A stretch of DNA of 60,628 nucleotides, filler included, from a bacterium (GTDB lineage: Bacteria > JAJRZV01): NCBI GenBank assembly GCA_024275095.1. It is 3 parts of 3 records of this genome, joined end to end, with 100 filler letters (N's around TTAATTAATTAA, not from the genome) between each part and the next. Parts side by side here need not be neighbours in the genome. Positions count along the whole stretch, not along the records: positions 1 to 28,074 come from JAJRZV010000133.1; 2 more parts are not named here. One strand, given 5' to 3'. Within the stretch, counting starts at the first letter, position 1; each line of letters starts with the position of its first letter. The position numbers and the translations under genes were made by a program. This document shows, piece after piece, positions 9,746-19,613 of the stretch. Below the pieces are notes generated by a model, which saw only the letters and a program-made list of their open reading frames with translations, did no database searches and was not told the DNA's origin.

Positions 9746-10372
9746 TTACTCTGCACAGCTTTTTGACAGCGGTTTTTCTTCAACCTCCCCCGACGGGGTC
9801 TTTTCCGCAAAGATCTGTCCCGTAAATTTCATTACCTCCACATCTCCCATCTTCCACGCATCCACGGGAAGACCCGCCTTTACACATGTTTGAGAAAGGA
9901 ATTCTTCCTCGTCCCAGCCATACTCTACCGCCACCTGTGGTAACAGTAATCCTGATGTCCATGATGCCTTTACAATAAGACCATCGCGGCCCACCTTTAT
10001 GGCCTGGGGCAATTCGTAAGAATGCTTGACTCGCACAGGTTCTGGAGGAGTAAGTACCGTAACCTCGAAAACCACGCCATCCAGTTCTTCTGCTTCAAGC
10101 GGGGGAAATCGCGGATCACCAAAAGCGGCTTCTTCCGCGGAGGAGATAAGGGCTTTCCACAATGGATAAACAGGATATGGGTAACCGATACAACCGCGCA
10201 GGTGATGTTCTGGATAGGTCTCTATGGTTGTGAATACCCCTTGCTTTTCCTGAAAACGTCTTTTAAGCTCACCAAAAATATCCTGAGGAAATTCGCCTTT
10301 GCCCAATTTATCTTCTACGTGAAACCGTGCACTTTTAACAAGAATTTTGCCGTCTTCCAGGGTAACAGCCAT
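9746..10372 (-). CDS. AMMECR1-domain protein (AmmeMemoRadiSam protein A / PH0010-like)
   Basis: GVFTT, LRGCIG, DPRFPPL, GRDGL, GLLLPQV and KAGLP signatures. Confidence 0.92.
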   Translation of the reverse strand: MAVTLEDGKILVKSARFHVEDKLGKGEFPQDIFGELKRRFQEKQGVFTTIETYPEHHLRGCIGYPYPVYPLWKALISSAEEAAFGDPRFPPLEAEELDGVVFEVTVLTPPEPVRVKHSYELPQAIKVGRDGLIVKASWTSGLLLPQVAVEYGWDEEEFLSQTCVKAGLPVDAWKMGDVEVMKFTGQIFAEKTPSGEVEEKPLSKSCAE

Positions 10373-10502
10373 GCCCTTATATTATGAAAAGCCCGTAAGG
10401 ATTTCAATTTATACTCAAAAAGAGCTGTGCCGCCAATTTTATCTTTTTCCTTTTGACGACCTCGAAGCACATGTATCATCATCCGCTCGTGGTTCTTTCA
10501 AT

Positions 10503-11339
10503 TCAAAACAATGCGAAGCGCACGTTCATTATTACGCCTGAAGAATGCAAGACGAGATACACATTCAGAGAAAATGCCGGGTTTTTCTTTTCCCTCATGT
10601 GAAACCACGCATTTAATCCTCCTACAGAAGCTCCGAGCAAAGCACCACCGAGTACATCTGTAAAATAATGCTTGTCTGCAGCAATCCTCAAATACCCTGA
10701 CACAGCTGCTGCAATAAAGAATCCCGCGCTCATAACCCGGGCATACGGATAACCGCGTTTCAACGCTGTAATGCTTGTCGATGTCGCCAGGGAAAACGCA
10801 AAGGATGTGTGCCCGGATACAAAAGAAAGGTTATCGTTACCGTGAGGCGCGTGCTCACTCTGTCCCAGGTGTGCATAAGGTCTGCGCCTCAAAGTCAGGT
10901 ACTTTGTCATCTGCGTCAGTACTGAAGAAAAAATCACTGACTCCGCCTGAACGAAAAGTGCAGGGTAGAGATGTCCGTTTTGTTCCTTTCGAAGTTCTGC
11001 AACGGCGATATACGCGCTGGATAAAGCAGGAAGTGCAACAAAGCTTGTGACTGAAGAAAGTGTATCCGCCGCCCCCTTCTGCTGCCAGACAAGCCTTTCG
11101 CGCATCCAGCTGTCAAGCCCGTTCACCGTGGGCTCACCATTATCATTAACAGGACACCAGCGGCAGGCATCTGTGACAAGATTCTCCTGTAACGTTTCAA
11201 GAGAGACCCAACCAAGTAGAAGGAAAGAAGCAACAGGCAATTCCCATTGAACAGAGATAAGGGGTATGTATTTACCAGATACCCCTTCCTGGTCGACCGG
11301 AGTAGATATGATGGCTATTGTGAGAATTGCAGACCACAC
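10503..11339 (-). CDS. PAP2-family phosphatase
   Basis: K....RRRP, SFVSGHTS and LRIAADKHYFTDVLGG catalytic motifs. Confidence 0.88.
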   Translation of the reverse strand: MWSAILTIAIISTPVDQEGVSGKYIPLISVQWELPVASFLLLGWVSLETLQENLVTDACRWCPVNDNGEPTVNGLDSWMRERLVWQQKGAADTLSSVTSFVALPALSSAYIAVAELRKEQNGHLYPALFVQAESVIFSSVLTQMTKYLTLRRRPYAHLGQSEHAPHGNDNLSFVSGHTSFAFSLATSTSITALKRGYPYARVMSAGFFIAAAVSGYLRIAADKHYFTDVLGGALLGASVGGLNAWFHMREKKNPAFSLNVYLVLHSSGVIMNVRFALF

Positions 11340-11357
11340 ACCAGAGAAAACCCTTTT

Positions 11358-13295
11358 CTACTGATTTTTCTTTTTTCTTCCCTTAAAAATTGTTTGGATT
11401 TTCAATTTCAACTGATCGATGGTAAACGGTTTCTGGATAAAATAAGCTTCTTCGTCCAGCACACCGAACTGAGCAATAACATTGTCTGTATAACCAGACA
11501 TGTACAGTACCTTTACATCAGGTTCAATTGACTGGACAATATCGGCGAGTTCCTTACCATTTACGTGGGGCATGATGACATCCGTCAACAACAAATCAAC
11601 ACCACCCGGGTATTTTTTGAGCAACCGGACGGCTTCAGCGGCACCGTCAGCTTCAAGCACCTGGCACCCCAGGTGTTTAAGCATCTGACGGGTGATTTTT
11701 CTCACTGAAGCATCATCCTCTACGAGAAGAACAACCAGAGCTTCCAGCACAATGTTTTCGCCTTCTTTCTTCGACTCCTCTTGCTGTGTGCTCCCTGGCT
11801 CACTGACAAGAGGAAAATAAACCTTGAAGGTTGTGCCCACGTTGATTTCCGAGTACACGTGTATATCGCCCCCTGCCTGTTTGACGATTCCGTATACAGT
11901 GGAAAGACCAATCCCCGTGCCGCTTCTTTTGGTGGTGAAAAACGGTTCAAAAATTTTCGATTTTACGTCCGGCGGAATCCCTGAGCCGGTATCTGAAACT
12001 GATAAAACTGCATAGGGTCCTGCAGAAATATCAATATATTTACGTGCATAATCATCAGAGACATGTATTGCAGCCGTTTCTACTGTAAGCGTCCCACCAC
12101 GGGGCATCGCATCGCGGGCATTGACTGCGAGATTAATAACCACCTGTTCGATGCGTGATGGATCTGCTTTTATAAAGCATGGTTGAGGCGAGAGTATGAA
12201 CTCGGCGTGTATATGCTCACCAATTGTTCTGCTGATAAGACTCATTGTTTCCCGCACGATATTGTTGAGGTCTACAACCTCAGGACTGACTATTTCTCTA
12301 CGCGTAAAAGAAAGAAGACTCCTCACAAGTTCTGAACCCTTGCGCGCTGCCTGTTGAATATCACATATATCCTCGAAAATCGGGTTGCTCTCGTCCAGCT
12401 GGTGTTTCAACATATCCGCACAGCTGAGAATAACAAGGAGTATATTGTTAAAATCATGTGCTATCCCCCCGGCCAAACGTCCGAGCGCTTCCATTTTCTG
12501 CGCTTCATAAAGCTGCGCTTCAAGCCTGCGCTTCTCTTCACGCGCAACAACCTGTTCTGTAATGTCACGTGTGATGCCCAGGTAAAGATCCCTTCCCAGT
12601 GGACCCTCCTCAAGGCGGGTTACAATAGCTTCCACGGTGACACTGGAACCGCTACGATGGATTAATTCGAGTTGAATGGTCATCGGGAAAGACACATCTT
12701 CACTGCGCAGGGCCGTCTCGAATACTGCAAAGGAACCCGGCTCCATAATGTCCGTGACAGTACGATTCGACATCTCCTGGGCAGAATAACCCGTCAGTTT
12801 TTCCACCGAAGGACTGACGTAAAGAATTCGTCCGTTCCTGTCAGTAATCCAGAGAACATCTGATGCCTTTTCGGCGAACATCTGAAAAATGGAAGCATCC
12901 CTCTCAAGAGATATAAGTCTCTCGTGTGCCTCAAGAGCCCTCAGCAATACATCCGCAGGATGATGAGATGCAACACCGTGAAGCTTCACAAAAAAATACG
13001 AAGTCTCCCTACCGTTACCGGTGTAGAGAGCAAGAATAACAGGCACGTTTTCCGCAGCTTTCTCAAGCACCTCTTTCCACTCGGAATACCGGAATTCCTG
13101 GAGTGTCTCTGGCACGAGCAAAAGGCAGTGAAATCCATTATCTGAGAGTGAGGTGAGCAGTTCGTGCGGCGTATTCACGCAGGTGAAATTCCACGATGCT
13201 ATCGTTCCTGAGACATCCTGCTGCAAAAATTCCTGAACAGGTAACCACTGCCCATAGCACAGTATATTTATCTCTTGAATTTCCGCCCTGTTCAT
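11358..13295 (-). CDS. Cytoplasmic hybrid sensor kinase (degenerate REC-PAS-HisKA-HATPase-REC; CckA-like)
   Basis: PAS (LYVSPSVEKLTGY), LAGGIAHDFNN, NLAVNARDAM, FTTK..GTGIGL and receiver LLVEDD/DVIMP/KPF. Confidence 0.92.
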   Translation of the reverse strand: MNRAEIQEINILCYGQWLPVQEFLQQDVSGTIASWNFTCVNTPHELLTSLSDNGFHCLLLVPETLQEFRYSEWKEVLEKAAENVPVILALYTGNGRETSYFFVKLHGVASHHPADVLLRALEAHERLISLERDASIFQMFAEKASDVLWITDRNGRILYVSPSVEKLTGYSAQEMSNRTVTDIMEPGSFAVFETALRSEDVSFPMTIQLELIHRSGSSVTVEAIVTRLEEGPLGRDLYLGITRDITEQVVAREEKRRLEAQLYEAQKMEALGRLAGGIAHDFNNILLVILSCADMLKHQLDESNPIFEDICDIQQAARKGSELVRSLLSFTRREIVSPEVVDLNNIVRETMSLISRTIGEHIHAEFILSPQPCFIKADPSRIEQVVINLAVNARDAMPRGGTLTVETAAIHVSDDYARKYIDISAGPYAVLSVSDTGSGIPPDVKSKIFEPFFTTKRSGTGIGLSTVYGIVKQAGGDIHVYSEINVGTTFKVYFPLVSEPGSTQQEESKKEGENIVLEALVVLLVEDDASVRKITRQMLKHLGCQVLEADGAAEAVRLLKKYPGGVDLLLTDVIMPHVNGKELADIVQSIEPDVKVLYMSGYTDNVIAQFGVLDEEAYFIQKPFTIDQLKLKIQTIFKGRKKKNQ

Positions 13296-13480
13296 GGATT
13301 CACCACCCTATCCCCCTCGTGCAGAAAAACAGAAAATTAGAGAAAAGCAAAAATGCCAGAGTGAGCACCTGTATTTTATGCAATCACACTAATGAAAAAC
13401 CTAAAAAAAGTCAACAAGATACTTAAATTCTTCAAACTTCCTGCTGGCAATTCTTAAATTTTGTTACGACAGACACTTAT

Positions 13481-14710
13481 TCAAACAATACATACCTTTT
13501 TGATAAACTTCTTGCCCACTCTGAGAATAAACCTTTCGCCTGAGCAAAAAGTTCTGCATTCATCAGTGACTTTTTCACCATCGATTTTCACAGCTCCCTG
13601 CGAGAGCAAACGACGGGCTTCTGAATTACTTTTCGCTGCCCCCGTACGTCTGATGAGTTGAAGAAGTGTAATGGAAGACCCTTCCGGCACAGCGATCTCA
13701 ACTGTCTCAATATCATCGGGTACAGATTTTCTGGAAAATATCTGTTCAAACCGGCGCTGTGCACCTTCTGCATCCTCTACAGAATAAAAACGCTCAACCA
13801 TCTCAAAGGCGAGGGCTTTTTTCGCATCCATAGGATTCATTTCTCCGCGTGAGCATCTGGCCTTCCATTCATTAATCGTGGACATGGGTTTGCTGCTTAA
13901 TAATTCGTAATACCTCCACATCAGTTCATCAGATATGGACATAATCTTGCCAAATATCTGATCCGGCGGCTCGGTAATGCCAATATAATTACCGTAAGAT
14001 TTGCTCATTTTCTTTACACCGTCCGTACCTTCAAGAAGGGGCATCGTCAATATTACCTGGGGTTCAAGGTCGTAAGCACGCATGATTTCTCTGGCGAGAG
14101 CAAGGTTGAACTTCTGATCTGTACCTCCAAGTTCAACATCGGCTTTGAGGTGAACCGAATCGTATGCCTGAAAAAGCGGGTAAAGAAATTCATGTATAAA
14201 GATGGGCTGGTTTTTCCTCACCCGCCCTTTGAAATCATCACGTTCGAACATCCGCATAACAGTGTATTTAGATGCAAGCTTTACAATATCTGTAGGAGTA
14301 AGTGAATTAAGCCATGTACTGTTGAATACCACGTGGGTTTTCTCTGGGAGAAGAATTTTAAAGGCCTGGTCCTGGTATGTCTTCGCATTCTGCATTACTT
14401 CCTCGCGTGAAAGCGGCTTCCTCACCTCAGAGCGACCTGTAGGATCACCGATCATCGCTGTAAAATCGCCGATAATAAAGTACACCTCGTGCCCCAGCTC
14501 CTGAAACTGCCTGAGCTTGGTGAGAAGTACAGTATGACCCAGGTGGATATCGGGAGCGGTTGGGTCAAATCCTGCTTTAATTCTCAAAGGTGTGCCCGTA
14601 GAGATGGATCGCTCGAGTTTCCTGATCAATTCCTCTTCAAGGAGGATTTCCACCGTCCCCCGGCGGATAATTTCAAGTGCCTGATCTATATCTGTGACCA
14701 TTGCTTTCAC
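13481..14710 (-). CDS. tyrS: Tyrosine--tRNA ligase
   Basis: [26 protein letters not shown] and C-terminal S4 domain. Confidence 0.97.
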   Translation of the reverse strand: MKAMVTDIDQALEIIRRGTVEILLEEELIRKLERSISTGTPLRIKAGFDPTAPDIHLGHTVLLTKLRQFQELGHEVYFIIGDFTAMIGDPTGRSEVRKPLSREEVMQNAKTYQDQAFKILLPEKTHVVFNSTWLNSLTPTDIVKLASKYTVMRMFERDDFKGRVRKNQPIFIHEFLYPLFQAYDSVHLKADVELGGTDQKFNLALAREIMRAYDLEPQVILTMPLLEGTDGVKKMSKSYGNYIGITEPPDQIFGKIMSISDELMWRYYELLSSKPMSTINEWKARCSRGEMNPMDAKKALAFEMVERFYSVEDAEGAQRRFEQIFSRKSVPDDIETVEIAVPEGSSITLLQLIRRTGAAKSNSEARRLLSQGAVKIDGEKVTDECRTFCSGERFILRVGKKFIKKVCIV

Positions 14711-14774
14711 AAAAATTAAAAAAGTGGCGGTATGTTAATATGCGCAATTATGGATATCAACATGCAATACATAT

Positions 14775-15803
14775 TCAAAGCTGCAGGTGATCTCGAATTT
14801 TCTCACATGCTTCCAGGAACGCAGCGGAGACCGATGATTCGGAATTGACCAGTGTAAGGGGCAAACCCGGTGTGCGTGAAAGTTCAACAGTCAAGGGGAT
14901 CCTGGCCAGTACAGGCAGCCCGGATTCATTCAAAAATTCGCTGTACTCACTGCTTTCAAATATGCGTTCCTCGTGACCGCACTGGGAGCATTTATAGTAA
15001 CTCATATTCTCCACCACACCGATAACATGAACATCCACCTTCTGAAACATGGTATGTGCCCGGCGCGCATCTTCTACTGACATTTTTTCAGGCGTTGTAA
15101 CAATAATGGCTCCATCAATGTATACATTCTGTACAAGTGTAAGCTGGGCATCACCAGTGCCAGGTGGTAAATCCACAAGAAGCACATCTACATTTTCCCA
15201 TACAGTATCTTCGATAAACTGTTGAACCGCCTTCATCACCAGCGGACCTCTCCATATGACCGCATCTTCTTTTTTCAGAAAAAAACCAATGGAAATAATT
15301 TTTATTCCTTCTACTTCTACAGGGAAAATTTTCAAACCATCAGGAGAAGCGGGTTTTTCTGTGGTTTGAAATAGCACGGGAATGTTGGGTCCATAAATGT
15401 CCGCATCCATAATTCCGGGTTTCAACCCCAACCTCAGAAATCCACCACAGAGGTTGGCTGTAACAGTGGATTTACCAACCCCCCCCTTCCCGCTGGCGAC
15501 GGCCAGTATTTTCTTCACGCCTTCAATGTGGCGCCGTACGAAAGGGGTGGGCTTTTTACCTCCTCTCTCCGCGTCAACCTCCCAAGTAACCTCTACACGG
15601 GGGGTATCTTCAAGAGCAATTCTTATACGATTTTCGATTTCTCGCTTAATTTCCTCTTTACCACTGAAATCCCGGAGCCTGAGGAGCACACCGTCCTGAG
15701 TAACCTCAACTTCTTTTACCATGCCAAAAGATACAATATCCCTGGTGTACCCCGGATATTGAACACCCTTGAGAATTTCAACAATCTTCCCCTTTTCAAT
15801 CAT
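14775..15803 (-). CDS. mrp: Mrp/NBP35 (ApbC) Fe-S cluster carrier ATPase with N-terminal DUF59
   Basis: SGKGGVGKST, DADIYGP, WRGP, DLPPGTGD and ENMS..C..C. Start moved to ATG 15803 (GGAG upstream). Confidence 0.92.
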   Translation of the reverse strand: MIEKGKIVEILKGVQYPGYTRDIVSFGMVKEVEVTQDGVLLRLRDFSGKEEIKREIENRIRIALEDTPRVEVTWEVDAERGGKKPTPFVRRHIEGVKKILAVASGKGGVGKSTVTANLCGGFLRLGLKPGIMDADIYGPNIPVLFQTTEKPASPDGLKIFPVEVEGIKIISIGFFLKKEDAVIWRGPLVMKAVQQFIEDTVWENVDVLLVDLPPGTGDAQLTLVQNVYIDGAIIVTTPEKMSVEDARRAHTMFQKVDVHVIGVVENMSYYKCSQCGHEERIFESSEYSEFLNESGLPVLARIPLTVELSRTPGLPLTLVNSESSVSAAFLEACEKIRDHLQL

Positions 15804-16815
15804 CGAAAAGTCTCCTCCCCGTTTTTTTATTTTCATCTTCTTCAGATGGGGCCAGGTCCTCCTCGGTGGGGATATAAAATTCAGCTTTTGCAGCATGAGA
15901 ATAATCAGTCCAGCGACGTTCCAAATCTGAAGAGTGCCTGCGCAGGTTGGATATGAGCCCCAACACGTGATTAACGCGGGAGTCCATATATTCAACATGG
16001 TGTACAATGATTGCTTCCGGTGTCTTTGGTGTAACAGGGGAGCCAAATTCCAGCTGACCGTGGTGACTGAGAATTATGTGCTTGACGAGTAAAAGCGTTC
16101 GAGGAGAGAGGGACTTTATTCGTGAACCATAGCGTTCGACAACCTCTGCTCCCAGGTACACATGACCTGCCAGTTTTCCCGGATCGGTGTAATAAAATCC
16201 GCTGTCTATGTTTATCTCTTCGAGTTTCCCGATATCGTGAAGTATCCCTCCTGTAATGAGCACGTCCCTGTCCACGTCTTTGTACGTGCGAGACAAGAAA
16301 TCAAGAATGCGTGCTACAGTGAGGGTGTGGTGTAAAAGCCCCCCGATATAAGCATGATGAATGGACTTGGCAGCAGGGTGCCTGAGAAAGCGGCTCCGAT
16401 ATTCTCGACCCAGCAATATATCCTGCACCAGTTGCCGAAGCGGTGGTCTCGAAATGGAAAGGACAAGTTCATTAAGTTCCGCTTCCATCTCCTTGATGGG
16501 AAACGGCGCCGAGGGGAATACATCTTCAAGGCGTGCTTTAAGATTGGGTTTCGCAGTCTCAATGGTAAGTTGAACCTCACCCCGGTATACAGAAATCCGT
16601 CCTGTAAGGTCTGCAATGATACCGCTTTGAAGGTGCCGCGAGAGCTCTTCCACATTATCCCATACCCGAGCACCGATCCTTCCAGAGCTATCTTGAAGTT
16701 CGAGTTTCATATAAATACTGCCGTTCTGCGTCCTGTGAGACGAGGCATCTACCACAAGAGCCGTAATTTCAAAGGGCTCGTCTGAACCCATGTTAAAAAG
16801 ATCACGAATTTTCAT
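15796..16815 (-). CDS. yhaM: 3'-5' exoribonuclease YhaM family (OB fold plus HD)
   Basis: L.D.SG.I.A.VW OB fold, PAAKSIHHA..GGLLHH, LHDIGK and HHG.LEFGSPV.P. Confidence 0.88.
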   Translation of the reverse strand: MKIRDLFNMGSDEPFEITALVVDASSHRTQNGSIYMKLELQDSSGRIGARVWDNVEELSRHLQSGIIADLTGRISVYRGEVQLTIETAKPNLKARLEDVFPSAPFPIKEMEAELNELVLSISRPPLRQLVQDILLGREYRSRFLRHPAAKSIHHAYIGGLLHHTLTVARILDFLSRTYKDVDRDVLITGGILHDIGKLEEINIDSGFYYTDPGKLAGHVYLGAEVVERYGSRIKSLSPRTLLLVKHIILSHHGQLEFGSPVTPKTPEAIIVHHVEYMDSRVNHVLGLISNLRRHSSDLERRWTDYSHAAKAEFYIPTEEDLAPSEEDENKKTGRRLFDD

Positions 16816-16898
16816 GTTTACCTCTTTTGAGCAAAGGGTATTGAATTTCCTGTCAATTGGCAACAGGAGACAGCCCTGTTTTCATTTAAGAACCTGCT

Positions 16899-17372
16899 TC
16901 AACCGCTTTCAAAAGGAATAGCCTCCAGCAAATGTTTTTTAATGTCTTCAGGGATTGTCCTGGGTTGCTTCGTTGTCGGGTCAACGAATACAAGTACAGT
17001 ATACGCAGCAGCTATAAGCTCATCTCTTTCTCTGGAGTAAATCACGTAGTGAAAAACCACACTGGAGCGACCAGCACTGTTGATTTTTACGTATATATCC
17101 AACACATCGTCAAAAAAAGCGGGTTTTTTGTAGCGACAGGCATTTTCAACAACATATGGGTCAAAATCCGTACTGATAAATTGTCTGTTTTTGAGAAAGC
17201 CCATCTGCCTGAAAAATTCTACACGACCCACTTCAAGGTACGTAAAAAATGTACCGTTATAGACCACACCCTGCGCATCTGTATCTGCAAACCTCACCCG
17301 TACTTCCGCACGGACCGGATACTCGCTTTTATCCGGAGAAACCGTTTCTGAACCAACTTTAACGAGCCGCAT
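16899..17372 (-). CDS. Acyl-CoA thioesterase (4HBT/YbgC family)
   Basis: VRFADTDAQGVVYN..F..Y.E.GR motif. Confidence 0.88.
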   Translation of the reverse strand: MRLVKVGSETVSPDKSEYPVRAEVRVRFADTDAQGVVYNGTFFTYLEVGRVEFFRQMGFLKNRQFISTDFDPYVVENACRYKKPAFFDDVLDIYVKINSAGRSSVVFHYVIYSRERDELIAAAYTVLVFVDPTTKQPRTIPEDIKKHLLEAIPFESG

Positions 17373-17518
17373 TAAACTTCCTCCCTTCATGTAATGATAG
17401 ATGCTGGTAGCCGAAATTATTGGAGAAGCCACGCCGACATGTCAACTCTATAATTTTTAATGGCCCATCATCAACATATCATGGTATATTTATAAAAATT
17501 GATTCCTGGAGGGGGACC

Positions 17519-18082
17519 ATGATGGCAGCACAATGGATTGTTATTGTTGTTATTGCAGTAGCACTTCTATGGGCAGTTCTCACTTACAATTCTCTCGTTC
17601 GGTTGAAGATGAGAGTGCAAAACGCCTGGAAGCAGATAGACGTTCAATTGAAACGACGTTACGACCTTATTCCCAATCTGGTCGAAGCTGTCAAAGGGTA
17701 CATGAAACACGAACGGGAGACCCTGGAAAAGGTTATAGAGGCGAGAAACAGGGCGGCTTCCACAGGAAACGTACGTGACAAAGCCCGCGCGGAAGGAGAA
17801 CTTACCGGCCTTCTCGGCAGATTGTTTGCACTTATGGAGAACTACCCTGACCTCAAAGCCAACGAAAATGTAATGGAACTTCAGGAAGAGCTTACGAGTA
17901 CGGAAAATCGCATCGCCTTTGCGCGACAGTTCTACAACGACATGGTCATGCAGTACAATACAAAACAGGAAGTGTTTCCTTCTTCTATAATCGCGCGCAT
18001 GTTCAATTTTAAACCAGCGGATTATTTTGAAGCCGAGGAAGAAACCAAACAGGCCCCGCGTGTCGACTTAAAATACAGTTAA
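17519..18082 (+). CDS. lemA: LemA family protein
   Basis: TM anchor, YNSLV...AWKQIDVQLKRRYDLIPNLV, ENYPDLKAN and TENRIAFARQFYN. Confidence 0.95.
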   Translation: MMAAQWIVIVVIAVALLWAVLTYNSLVRLKMRVQNAWKQIDVQLKRRYDLIPNLVEAVKGYMKHERETLEKVIEARNRAASTGNVRDKARAEGELTGLLGRLFALMENYPDLKANENVMELQEELTSTENRIAFARQFYNDMVMQYNTKQEVFPSSIIARMFNFKPADYFEAEEETKQAPRVDLKYS

Positions 18083-18098
18083 GTAAGTTTTCGCATAC

Positions 18099-19592
18099 GT
18101 GGCTATTTCCCCAGTCGAACAAGCTGATTTTTATACCGTTGAAGAGAAAAACAACCGGCGTACTGCACTCCTTATTGTCTTGTACCTTTTACTGTTTTGC
18201 CTGTGCGGCCTGGTACTTGACACGATTTATGGTTTCTTCCCGGGTATTCCTGTGATTTCAGTGTCGGTTTTAGCATTTGCAGGAGTACAAACATTAATTT
18301 CACTCAACTGGGGAGGAGAACTGCTGGCAAGAGCTCTCGGTGGCAGACCCCTCGCACACTTTCGAGAATTCCGATACAGGCGTGCTCTCAATGTGGTTCG
18401 AGAAGTAAGCATTGCAGCAGGAGTACCCATGCCTCGTGTTTACGTAATACCCGAACCCTTCCCAAACGCCATGGTAGCAGGAACTCGTAAAGATAGAGCA
18501 TGCCTGTGCCTGACCACCGGGCTGATTTTGCTCATGGACAGGGATGAACTCCAGGGTGTGGTTGCACACGAATTTGGACACGTTCTTGCGGGAGATATGA
18601 GGCTTATGACAATGATGTCAGCACTCCTGGGAGCTATAGCGATCCTCTCTGAATACCTGATACGGGGCGTGTGGGTAAGCGGGAGGCGCCGGGTACGGTT
18701 AAACCGTGGAATACCCATTCCGCTCATCGCCGTGGGACTGCTCATTGGTATAGCATCACCCTTTATCGGGAGGATAATCGCGTACAGCGTATCCCGTTTC
18801 AGGGAATACGCGGCTGATGCTGCTGGTGCCAGGATCATCAGGAATCCCGGGGCACTGGCACAGGCCCTGGAAAAAATCGGACGCTATCAGGGCGATCTCG
18901 AAGGCGGATACCGTGCAGCAGCACACATGTTCTTCGTGGATTTCTACCGCGGGGATGCAAACCCGACCGAATCCGCTTTTGCCAATCTTACCAACACACA
19001 TCCTCCTCTTAAAAGACGCATTGCAATATTGAAAAAAATGGCGGGAGAGCCTGTCGGTGATATTACCCGTCAGCGGGTTGAAAAAGCACCTGTTTGCCCC
19101 TCGTGTGGCGCGAGATTGAAACCCCTGAAAGCAAAAACTGCTTACGGGTTGCCCCTGATGCTGGACCAGTGTGAAAGATGCGGGGGAATATGGTTTGACA
19201 AGTACGAACTTTCTGCTGTAGGCCCGGGATTCCACCTGGAAAAGCTCATCAATGTGGAAAATTTTAAAAAGCCTTCACCGTATCATAAAGGGCCGCTGGT
19301 GTGTCCGCGGTGTGGAGTAAAGCTCAAAGCCGTCAGAGACCCGGGGCTGCCCAAAAGCATCGTACTGGAGCATTGCCCTCTGTGTGCCGGCACCTGGCTC
19401 AATCTTGAAGAGGTGAAAACGTACATCAAGTGGCGCCGCAAGAAAAAGGTAACTCACGAAGCTCTTCCAGAAGAACTTTTCTGGACAAGAGCTCAATGGA
19501 GAAAAACGCCGGAAAAGCGCTTCAGGCGTGTTCCTGCGAAACACGAAGAAGAGAATGACATTGCAGGTATGATTTTCCGAATGCTGAGATAA
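18099..19592 (+). CDS. htpX: HtpX/M48 zinc metalloprotease fused to two C-terminal zf-TFIIB-like zinc ribbons
   Basis: PNAM, HEFGH, SRFREYAAD and THPP..RI motifs, followed by CPSC..CERCGGIWFD..EL and CPRC..CPLCAGTWL. Confidence 0.85.
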   Translation: MAISPVEQADFYTVEEKNNRRTALLIVLYLLLFCLCGLVLDTIYGFFPGIPVISVSVLAFAGVQTLISLNWGGELLARALGGRPLAHFREFRYRRALNVVREVSIAAGVPMPRVYVIPEPFPNAMVAGTRKDRACLCLTTGLILLMDRDELQGVVAHEFGHVLAGDMRLMTMMSALLGAIAILSEYLIRGVWVSGRRRVRLNRGIPIPLIAVGLLIGIASPFIGRIIAYSVSRFREYAADAAGARIIRNPGALAQALEKIGRYQGDLEGGYRAAAHMFFVDFYRGDANPTESAFANLTNTHPPLKRRIAILKKMAGEPVGDITRQRVEKAPVCPSCGARLKPLKAKTAYGLPLMLDQCERCGGIWFDKYELSAVGPGFHLEKLINVENFKKPSPYHKGPLVCPRCGVKLKAVRDPGLPKSIVLEHCPLCAGTWLNLEEVKTYIKWRRKKKVTHEALPEELFWTRAQWRKTPEKRFRRVPAKHEEENDIAGMIFRMLR

Positions 19593-19613
19593 TCCATCTG
19601 TTTTCTGGCTGAC

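Noticed and set aside
14711..14774. T-box riboswitch upstream of tyrS
   Set aside because: Only 64 bp of intergenic space and no T-box motif.
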